Positions 1-10,892 of a stretch of 64,000 nt of DNA are shown here, in pieces; positions within the stretch are counted from its first letter, which is position 1, and the number at the start of each line of letters is the position of its first letter. The stretch is from Trichoplax adhaerens. Taxonomy: Eukaryota > Animalia > Placozoa. The position numbers and the translations under genes are program-made. The DNA is taken from the NCBI RefSeq assembly GCF_000150275.1, contig NW_002060973.1:271555-335554 (forward strand), given 5' to 3'. The notes under the pieces are model-generated. The model saw only the letters and a program-made list of their open reading frames with translations, had not been told where the DNA came from and made no database searches.

Positions 1-1694
1 GTGCTCATTTAACAGATAGTATTACCATTTGATAGACCTGTCAGACTAACACTCGTTCAAATCTCTTCTTTCACCTTAGTTTTTAACTGTACATATCTCC
101 CTATCATTGAATGAATCTTACTCAGAAATGAATAACACCATATTCTATCCCTCGAATGCTACAAAGTATCAGTCATTGCAAAGTTTTCACATTAATTTCG
201 AAAGCACATGGCTAACTGCATATCAATAATTGTCACAACCACTATAGGTTCTCTAACCACCGTATATGTCTTGCTATGGTCTTCTTTTAATATATTGATA
301 AAACAATCGATTAATTCATTATAACTTTAATATACAGTATTCAATATAGAACCTAACATATCCAATTATCCATACAGCAGTAAGTTCTAGCACATCTACT
401 TAGTCGATTTCCATCAGACATCAAAATACAAACCTCTACTTTATAGTATTAACTGCTAAAGGGAGAGCTCTATGGGCTTTGTCAAGAAGTGGACAGTTGA
501 GCAGTTGTGAGCTGGTTTCCATGGAGTTATTAATAAAGTGGCTGGCTCAGATGCATCGATTTGAGATCCGATCCGATTAATTCCATAGAGTTGACAAATG
601 AGGCAGCTATTAGTTAATTAGAATAATATAATGAATAACAGAGCTATTCTAGTACTCTACAAAACACATTGTATGGAAATAATATTCATAAAAAACAGTT
701 TTTATGAATCCTTCTGCATCGATTTGAGATCCGACCTGGTCGATTTCTGAGGAGTTGACTAATATTATAAATAAAAGCTATTATTCATGCTTTAAAGGCA
801 CATCTAGAAAATGATTAAAAATAAAATTGCTTAGACTACTCTTAAGGGAACATTATGTAGGAACAAATGGTCCAAATAGCCGTTCTCCTAAGCTCTGTTA
901 GAAGGTAGACTTAGAGCAGGGCATGATGGAAACGCAGAGAAATGGCGGCAACGAATCCCCAGGCTTAGAGCAGATAATCTGCGCATGCTTCCGCTTGTTA
1001 TGTCCGTAGTCCAGTGTTCTGTAGCGGTCACAGAATATAGCATTCCTGTATGGCATTATTTGACATACTGCACCACATGTTGTGAGCTATAGTTTGGAGC
1101 ACTACAGTATCGGACTATATCGGGACTGCATCGTACCAACCTCGTTACTATAGAGAAAGCTGCAGGCCTTTGTCAATTCGAAGCTTGGCAATTTCTCTCC
1201 AGCCATTTCCAGTCTAGGTCGTCTCTTGCAGGTAAAAGTTTGATTATCCGACGTGGATAGAGTAATTTCAAGAGTAGCTTGAGCTGAATGAGGTTTTAGT
1301 CATGTAGGAGATGATAACGAATTGCAGAATGATCGTCTAATTTGTTCTAGGAGTTAAATTTGAGGCTGAAATCTTGCAGTATTAAATTGTCAATCCAACT
1401 CTTGCAGGTCCAATCTTGGCAACTAGTATTTGCATCCTTTGAATTCTGCTAGCCAGTATTAAGTGCTAGAAGTTAGCAGCTTTAGACCCATTTCACAGGT
1501 TTATTTTAATTCATTACATTACAATATTCGTATAATTTTGGATCTGATCTTGCTTACTTTTCGTAAATGAATGGACTGCAAATAGTAGCCATTAGCTGCA
1601 GCTGAGGGTGATGACAGAGAGTATATGAAATCAACTATTTTCTGCTTAGATTCGTCTTTATGATATTCTAGGTAGTTCTTTCAGGCCAAGAAAA

Positions 1695-4600
1695 ATGTCC
1701 AGTTTTCGTAAATTAATCAAAGGAAAAGCATCTCAAAAGAAAATTAATTCGCCTTTAGCAAGATATTCGTATCCTTGCACTTTGGATTAATTCAAAATTA
1801 AAATTTCTGTGCAATGTGTCAGGTTGAGTGATAATACTCGTACATGGCAGAGTGTTTAGAAGGAGCCTTGTGCTTAGTTAGTTTAAAACGTTATGGTAAC
1901 ATTATTTTATACCCCCATGCACTAGTAGAATAATTTATACTAGATAGTTAGGTTATATTCGCTATTTGTGTGCCTTAATTTAATTTTCATCAACATAGGC
2001 CAGAAGTGAAAACTCATTCTTACTATGCACTTTATTTTTGTTTACCTGACGATGCTTAATGGAAGACGCCAATGGTAGTACTAAAATAACTCAAACTGCA
2101 TGTACAATTTGTCTGTCATAATGACTTTAATTTTTATCGTTCAAGGGCAACAGGATTGTATTAGATTCCTTATAACAGATTTGATCCATCTATAGGGCAC
2201 CTAGATGGTTTTCGCTAGAGGACTTAAGCCAATAGGATTGCTGATATGTATACGTAATTTTCACCGCGATTCTCGTACAACGCTTAATGGAAGACCTCAG
2301 TACTAGTTCTAGAATCTTTAAATTAGATTTCCTACTTGTGTAGTATGATGAATTTCATTTCCGTTTTCAATGGTTGGATTACCGTACAATATTTGGTAAT
2401 AAATTTAATCTAGCAATAGACGTTTGAATGCTAGTACAAATAATCATTCATATTAAACATTTTCTCTACCTGACAGTGTTTATTAACTAAAGACTTCGAA
2501 GGGTGTACTTGAATATCCTAGCTGTTTTTTCTCTACTTGTGTATCATGCCCACTTTTCGTTTCCATCATCTAAAGCTAGTAATGTTGGATTACAATTATT
2601 AACTGCACATTTGATCAATCGATATATTTTTGACGTCCAACAAAGCAATCTTTCGTTTTAGATATTTTTTTACCTGACAGCGCTTTATAGAGTACCTCAA
2701 TATTATAGCTAACTTAGACTTTACTTACCGTATAACTGAAGTGATAATTACCTTTGACTAAAGGTGGTAAAAAATTTGAAAATTATGCTGTGAAAATACG
2801 GTCTGTTCTTCACTTTGCCATAGTTCACGATTTGAATAACTGCAAAATAATATCCTAAACCAGACTAGACCTGCATACCCTACTGTATATTAACAAATTG
2901 ATAATGCTTCTGTACAGCTATATATTGGCATATTTTGTATGATAATAATCTTCCACATTAAATGATTAACATGAACTGAAAGTTTTACGATCTGCATGAC
3001 AATATGACATATTAAATATGGTGTAATGATAGTTGCGAATCTCTACTACTAATCTCCATTGCATCTGGAGAGAGACAATTATTGATAATAATTAGAAAAA
3101 TTTTAGCTTCTATCGACTACTCTAACATTAGCAGGCTATCATCTTGTTATACCTTAATATAAAACAAAATGTAGTAATACTGGCCAGCTATCCTGTGCAA
3201 TATGTAATTGTAATGTGAAAAATGAATTACTTTGGAATGCTCATATTCAAAGTAAAAAACATAAAGAGGTTAGTAAATCAAAGGATTGCGTTACGATATC
3301 ACATTTTATATGTTAATGAAAGTCATACTTACAAGCATCATCGTGTATGACAACGACTGCTCTACTGACTATCCTAATTGAATCGATTTAGAGCGTCTTA
3401 AACCTTAAAGCACAATCTAATAAAGTGGAAACCAAACATTATGCAGTCAATAAGAAAGTGGTAAGAATCGCATATTCTATATTACTACCTCAATTGAATG
3501 CGGCTCAATCACGGCTTTACTTGATACTGTGTGCTGGATGAGTCATGATTTAGGCTTGTATTTCTGTCGCGAAAAGAAAATGTACAGAATTTAATAATAC
3601 TACATTTTATACATCTATATTTCGCTTCGCAGTAAGTAGCAATAGCAGTGATAAATATCCGAGGCTGACTCTTAACAGCTTAATGCTCTTCCTTCCATTT
3701 TGGTAGTCCAATACGAAAAAATAAATTGTTTTGTTTTTCCTGTACAAACTGTTCTGTCGAGGATAAAACATATTATCATCAATTATTTTGCTTTGTCCAC
3801 GAGGAAAACTTTGTCATGTGAAAGTCAAATTAGCTACTGAACAAATGAATTTACTAACATTTGATTATTCTTTCTGATCTAATACTGTACCAAGGTATCC
3901 CAGAATGACGATTCTTCCACTTTTGCAAAACCCACTTTACCCGATAGCAAAAGAAAGGTTGGAAGAACATTTAATTCATGGAAATATTACGCGTTGTATT
4001 ATAAAACAAGTTTAACCTGACTCTGATTTTCTTATTGTTTACAGCAATCTGTCGGCGATGATGAACAATCTGAGCTAGCTGCAAAAAAGTTAAAAGGTAA
4101 TACCATATACAACTGCTAGTTAAGGCTTTCGTACTTTGTAAAAGTTGATTGGTCCATATTTTCTCATGTTGACGTATTACTTATATGTTCCATTATTACA
4201 GTTGATGAGGAATCAGTTAATAAATCTGAAGGAAATAGGTACAAATTGATAATCTATAAATAAAAAAACATTTAAGTTTTTGTATTGGATTTGATTTAAA
4301 TTCGGGTAATACAACTTAACTGATGGAGATATTATATCACAACAGCTTGCCTTCCGATTTCTTTGACAGTGGATCAGCGTCTAGTACAAGTACCAATACT
4401 ACGGAAGAAGCTAAACTTACTGCAAACTCACTTGGTATAGATAAATTTTACGGATGAAAGTGTTGCTGTTTCTTTTATTATTGAAATTTATCGAGGTTGT
4501 TATCTTCATGGTAGTTGGAAAATATGATGATGATGAGGAAGACAGTGAGGATGAAGATGAAGAAAATGATTCTGGAAAGAATGAAACTGCAAACGAGCAA

Positions 4601-5313
4601 CAACCGTGAGATTATATATTATATAAACTTTAAGCACAGTTTTAATTGTTTTTATGAACCTTAAACTTATACATTAATTCATAAATTTTTAATGCAATAT
4701 TTTTTAATCTCTCTTGAAAAGTGTGAAAGGAACTTTGCCCGAAGGGTTTTTCGATGATCCTGTCGTCGATGCAAATGTAATAACTGGGTGTTAAAACTTC
4801 CAATAATATATCAATTCGTTAATATCGCTGATGTACCTTTACTTGTAGGTTCGGCATGTTGAATATAAACCAAAGATTGACGTGGAATACGAAAAATTTC
4901 AAAAGGAGATTGCTAAGGAAGAGCAGGTATTCATTTTATCATTACCAGATTGAAAATATGTATATCGTAACCTACCTTATTCTTGCATTGATCTGTAAAG
5001 AAATCAGATGCTATTGTTGAAGTTGACGACGTAGAGGCGCAACTGGCTCGTGATACTCTGGAAGTTGTGGAACAATTGTAAATATAGTCATTTCTTGGTT
5101 GGTAACTTGCTATTGTTTAGAATACTCACACTTAAGCATAATATTTTTAGAGTCTGTGAAGAGAAAATTGATACTCTAAGAAAAGCTCGTGAGATGATGA
5201 AAGCCAAGCAACTGGCAGCGGCAAACGCTAGGAAAAAATTGGATAATGATAGCGATGATGACAGTGAGGAAAGTGAAGACGAATTTTTTGATTGGAGAGC
5301 AAAGAAGGCATAG
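1695..5313 (+). CDS. ZNF830: Zinc finger protein 830 (CCDC16/OMCG1) homolog, multi-exon
   Basis: Exon 1695-1768 (MSSFRKLIKGKASQKKINSPLARY) splices to 3175-3268 (SNTGQLSCAICNCNVKNELLWNAHIQSKKHKE, U1/matrin-type zinc finger), then 3392-3460 and further small exons. These carry LPSDFFD, an acidic tract and LPEGFFDDP. The last exon 5151-5313 ends DEFFDWRAKKA*. All are ZNF830 family hallmarks. Confidence 0.9.
1769..3174 (+). other. U12-type (minor spliceosome) GT-AG intron of ZNF830
   Basis: The 5' site is GTATCCTT (1769). A branch-site-like TACCTTAAT lies at ~3150-3158, there is no polypyrimidine tract, and AG is at 3173-3174. Splicing restores the frame (TAT TC|T AAT). Confidence 0.88.
1835..2720. 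repeat. Diverged ~210-bp tandem repeat (~4-5 copies) inside ZNF830 intron 1
   Basis: A TACCTGACAG..GCTTAATGGAAGAC-like motif recurs at ~1840, 2043, 2275, 2467 and 2671. Confidence 0.6.
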
Positions 5314-5629
5314 CAAGCTGCCTTTACTATTTTGATGGACTTTTATTTTTATTTGATTTATGTATATAGTATAGCATTACAGTATCAACATTTTCAAGTC
5401 GTGTGCTTGATTATAAAATATGAATACCTGTGTACAGTTTGGTAATTATTATTTTTAATATTATTCGCATATACAGTAATTACAATGCATTATACCAATT
5501 TCAACCTTGACAATATGGTAAAAACTATCTTTGCATTAGCTGCAGGTTTTCAAAAACATACATCAAATTTACAATTCTATGTAAATTATCAAGCTTTGGC
5601 AGTATCACTCAATACTTTCATTGTTATTC

Positions 5630-6535
5630 GTTGTGAATTGAGTCTTACTTGCTTTCCGAAATAAATACTGATAGACTTTAGTTTTTTATGTTATTACCAT
5701 AGCTTATTAGTCCTGCAGTTGAGAAAATAATCTTCCAAGTGTATTACAATATTGAGAGTTATCTGATCCGCGATGGAAATGCCTTGAAAAAATTGGACGT
5801 ATTGCACTGTAAAAAGTCATTAGTCATTTGTGTTGGTTATATGCTACTAACGGTAATTTGTTAATGGACCTATAAAATTATACGAACTACTCACTCGGCA
5901 TTCACTGTAATAATATTATCCTGTATAAAGTGATGTAACAAAGTATCATGGTTTAATTCGGATCAGCAGTGAAAAAATTGTTGACAGACCTTATTAAATT
6001 GTAGTTTGGTTGAGGCGATGCTATCCCATCGCTCTCTTGAGATTCCCGCATGTGTTCTTATCCCTAATAATATAAGTTCAGTTGATCGTTTATTTCTGTT
6101 TGTTTTGCATTCTTTATATTCCCAATTTGCCTTATTCCACCTTTAGGATTTTAATAAAGGAGTCACTCAATTACTGATGATTAAGCGTGCGTTGCCAATC
6201 TTTATTGTACTCGTAGATACATAACTCGTATTAAGGAATAGTTAATCAAAATCAATCATTACTGTCTAGGTCACTATTAGAAATGATGTAGTTACTGTTG
6301 CTTATACTTACTTCATTACCATCGCCATCCGATGATTAGGTGATCAATTTTGAAATCATAACGTAACGCTGATATTCAAGTTATGGAAAGATTAAATAAC
6401 CACGCGCTCCTGGATCAACGCCAATGTCATCAATGTCCAGTAGGATCAATATGCTAACTAATTGTACCCTTGAGATCAATTTTTAAGTCATGGTGTTAAA
6501 ATACTGTAGATTAAATGATGACTCTAATTTTTACT
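5630..6535 (-). pseudogene. Unprocessed partial pseudogene copy of the last three RSAD1 exons plus introns
   Basis: Colinear with ~10830-11690, introns included. The last exon reads AIRPIFQGISIADQITLNIVIHLEDYF versus AIRPTFQGISILDRIIPNIVIHLEDYF in the parent. The penultimate exon has an in-frame stop (GTG GAA TAA) and indels. Confidence 0.88.
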
Positions 6536-6589
6536 GAATAGTTTGGCATACTACGTATTGCAACTGTCAGAAGATAGCAATGACCATTC

Positions 6590-7225
6590 TATAGCAATGG
6601 ATTAAGGCTTTAAAGCCGAAAAAAGATAAACTACTGGAGACTAACTGGAGAATGGCATCATCATAGATGCACGGTATGACTTTGCTAATTCTATCTACTA
6701 GCAAATTATCCGTTTAAATGGACGGCAATATAATCTGTCCAAAATAATATAGTAAAAGAAAACCCATAGCTAGATGATCCTAATATAGGTTCCTACTTTC
6801 TAGATAGGTGCGATGCTTCTTCCAATTTTGGAAGATTGGAAATTGCTTTAATTGCTCTTCAAGCTCGAATGAGGTTGTCATTTCAGCTGTCCGGTAGAAT
6901 TTCATTTTAGTCTAGAGTATTATATTGTAGCCGATTTGTAGACAGCATGAATTGGTTATTTAACGGCTCTATATCGTTATTGCGTTGTAAAACCACAATG
7001 ATACGACGCCTTGCAATGTCGATCATCAATAAAGACTTTGTCGTTGTTCGATATATCATTTCTAGCTTTCCAATAAGGCGTAGAATCGTCAAATCATTGT
7101 TGAATTTGCCACCGGATTACAACTATCTTGCATCTTCCTCTGTCAGTCAACTGACGGATGGTAATTCGATAATTATAATTGTCACTACGGTTGCAATATA
7201 TTGCTAATAGTGCAACGCGGAGCAT
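6590..7225 (-). pseudogene. Decayed ADAM-like paralog (signal peptide plus prodomain only)
   Basis: MLRVALLAIY at 7225 matches MLYVALFTIY at 9926. RRRIIVVLQRNND matches GNRIILDLERNDH. The DNA aligns codon by codon with the 9926 gene, with multiple stops. Confidence 0.75.
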
Positions 7226-8598
7226 TTTCCCGTAATCGCCTTTTAAAGCTTGCACTAAAGTCGTCATTTTAAAGATAAACGAATGGCGAAGTAATAGGCT
7301 TGATTAGCCAAATGTGTACAGTAGCCTCCAACTTCGCTATTTTAAAGATAAATCAATGGTGAAGTAAAGTTTTATTAACCAAATAGGTAGTCCTTATAGT
7401 GTTGATTTTTGTGGGAAAAGAGATTCAATTTCACTTCCTCAATATTAGCAGGTTCAAACTAGCCGTGGAAAAACTCTTCTGCATCTCAACTCTGCCTTTT
7501 ATATCTGAACTACGAAAGTGTAAAGAGGCAACTAGCAGAAGAAGCTATTTTGACGGACGATTTGAATTTCATTTACGCATATTTCAACTTTATTTCAAAT
7601 TGTTTATAATGATGTACCGTAGGTTGGACATTTTTAATCAAGTACTATAGGCTGCCATGAATAGAATCAAAGACGACAAAAGGGAATAAATGGACATCAA
7701 AAGCAAAGATGATTGATAATTCTTTAATGGCTTCTATAGCCAACGTCTAAAACATCAGCAAATTCTTTTCTAACGTACAAATAGTAGCAAGTAGGGGGGG
7801 GGGGGTCCACGATCTCAATACTAGCCTATGCTAGGTCCTCCGAAAAAATAATTGTTACTGACAATTTTAGTGTCTAATGTCTACGCATGGTGCATCCTCA
7901 AGTCCAACAACTTGATTATGCAATATGCTCCGAAACTGGGCTCTTTATTTCTAGCCATATTCTAGGATCAATTTTCAATCCACTACCTGATCATGAAGCA
8001 AAGTATTCCCGACAGATAGCAGGCCTGTTCTACTACTAAAGCATCATGCCTTGCGTTTGAGTAGCCTTGGCGACAAGATTAAAATAAATTTATCTTCTTA
8101 GAGTAGATCTCCCGACATTGTATAACATTTTAGCCTCAAGCATAGCATATCCAATCAACCCAGTCAGTGCATTCGCTTACGCCTTTACTCATTACTCTTA
8201 TTTCACCATACAACACTCAAATATGCTTGCAAGTTGCAATACAAACATGATCTTTTTATGATGGTATTGCAGAATGCTGATGATACATATTCCAATCTAA
8301 AATGAGAATACTATTGTAGATATCCCAGTAAAAGAGTAAAAAATAGCAATCTATACTTTATCAGCTGATTGCATTTGACAAAGTACAGGATATAATTGTA
8401 TAATTGTATTGACAAAGTACAGGATATATGAAAAATTTCCTCAATTTGGAGTACAGTTTATTGAAATTATTACCAGTATACAGGCTAAAGACTGACAAAC
8501 CTTATTTCGTAAAGCCGATTTGTCTTATTCCTACAGTACTTATGGGTTGCGAATGGACGCAAACTCTCAAGATCCATGACAGTGCAAGGTATTTTCCA

Positions 8599-9926
8599 CT
8601 ATCCTTTGGATGGCTTTTCGTAACTCTTATAGGAATAACGCAAACAAAAACACTGTGGACATTGCTCGTGTAAAAAATGAATAGAAATCATAGACTTAAT
8701 ATTATACTGTATAAAATTGCGTTGATTAGCTTTCGAGAAATGAGTAGGATAAGGTTCATTTGGGTCGTATCGGGATGCCATGATACATGGTGGATGATCA
8801 CACTCACGAGTGGATAGTTGATGAGTTAAGTTAAGCGAGTGGCCGAGTTCATGGGTGATGATAAACGCATCTTCTAAAGGATTTCGCTTAAACTCTATAT
8901 ATTCCACCGCACGGATAGAATAGGGAAAACCGCATATTTTAAACAAGGATTTTCCAGCAACACTGGAACCGGGGGAATTAGCTTGAAAGCGTGCTGTTGT
9001 TGACAAGACTATTATCGCATCGAAAGGAATGTCTGTCGTTTTGTACTTGCGGCGCAAACGACGATTCAACTTTATACTTTGCAATTTAAATGAATCTTTC
9101 TTGCTAATCCAATCTTTTTTGGTCCACGAAATGATCTTACCAACGATGACTACCAAATTCAGAGGCTTGTATTCCAATGCAACTCTATTCATGGTACTTA
9201 GCACTTCTGGACGTATCTTGCCAAACTTTCGGCGATATTGATTTTTGTACACATCTAGGTCCGATATCACTAAGACTTCCAATTGCGATTTCTCAGCCTG
9301 AGAAAGCAGTTTTTTATTTGCAAGCGGGTTCAGTGCTGGAATCATGTCGTTCTTCAATGCTATTTTTCTCCTATCCATCAATCCATTCGGTATTGAATCA
9401 AGTTTGCTACTGAATATTTCCTCCTTGATTTCATCATTGATAGAAGCTTTGTAGACAACGTGAATCAAATCGTCTAATGGCTCTATTTCATAACGTTGCC
9501 GATCTAGCTGAAAAGTTCCTTCCAGGCCTTTGCAAGCAGAAATTGCCACATAATCATGCAATTGTCTATTCTGACGAACCTGACCATGATAGTAACAAGG
9601 TATATGAGGAGAATCATCGTCCCTAAATTCATCGATTAAGTTTGCCCCGGGTACTTGATAACTATGACGAAATTGTTGACTGACTAGATGATCATTACGT
9701 TCCAAGTCCAGAATAATACGATTTCCAACATGATCGAAGATTTTTTGGTTACCACTGGCCATTCAATTTCTCCCTTTCAAACATGGCGTGGGATCACCAA
9801 GTGATAGTCCAATATGCCACGCGATTTCAAATATCTTACTTGTTGACGGGTTAATTGCATCGACGGAAAGCAATCCGATAATGGCTGTGTTAGCAAATAA
9901 ATGGTGAACAGTGCAACGTATAACAT
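8599..9926 (-). pseudogene. Intronless ADAM/reprolysin (M12B) metalloprotease with disrupted N-terminus; 387-aa ORF 9762-8599 intact
   Basis: The ATG at 9926 gives a signal peptide plus YHLVIPRHV, then TGA and a frameshift. The downstream ORF has prodomain motifs (LDLERN, CYYHGQV, AISACKGLEGTF, YEIEPL), the zinc motif HELGHSLNLTH and the Met-turn CIMAS. There is no disintegrin or TM domain. Confidence 0.75.
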
Positions 9927-10892
9927 TTTTCTATGGCAATCTTGAACCCAATAATGTGGCTAATAAGAAGAGCAACGCCTTGTTGCTTCGTGGACGCTAA
10001 ACTCTCAAAACTAGCCTGCATACAGTGCAGGCGTAGATTTATAAAAAGCAGAAGAATAAAGATTTCGTATGGATAGTTTGTAAGTCTCTCCCCTGCTGGT
10101 AGTGGATTGTTTCTAAAGATGACCATGTTATTTCATTGTATGCTAATATTTCAAAGTGTTGCAAATACAATATTTCAATGCAACAATAGTTAAATTATCA
10201 ATTACCGAATTATTGGCTTTAATTATATGCGTACTCGTATGCGGGTATGTACAGTTATCCTATCTTATCAAGGTCGTATAGTACTATTAAATGTTTGCAT
10301 TGCTGTTTCTTTTACGACTTGGCGATAGAAATATGGATATACCATTTCAATCGAAGACTCATACTGACCATCGTGAGTTGGAGGGGGGGGGGGGGTAAGA
10401 TACAGAGATTATTCCTTCATTAACCCTTACAAATATTTCTGTAATACATTGAGAATTCTTGCTCGAATTTGATGGAGATATTAGGTAAGAGTAGAGCTTT
10501 AGAGCTCAACCGATTACAATATCGAACGCAGCTGTAAACGTTAGAATAGTTAGATAATTCATGATTATCATGATGGCAGTAGAGAAAGCGATGATAAATT
10601 CTTCGATCGGTAGGCAAAAAAGGCATCGGGAAACAGCAATTTTTTCGATACTTACATTCTTTATTGATTCTTGCAAACAGTATAGCATTTACAGTATCTA
10701 TATTTTCAAGTTGCGTGCTTTACCTGCCGACTTTCGAAATATCCATGCTTGCAAAGTTATATATCAATTTCGTCATTTTACGTCAATTAAGAAATGTCCT
10801 TTGATAATTTTAATTCCTTCATCTTCAACTAAAGCTGTATTACTTTCTTCGAACTCTAGCAGATTTATATTCCTATTTAGTATGATAGCCTA

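Noticed and set aside
3895-3903. GTATCC in ZNF830 as a second U12 donor
   Set aside because: It lacks the following TT and reads as the start of a coding exon (VSQNDD).
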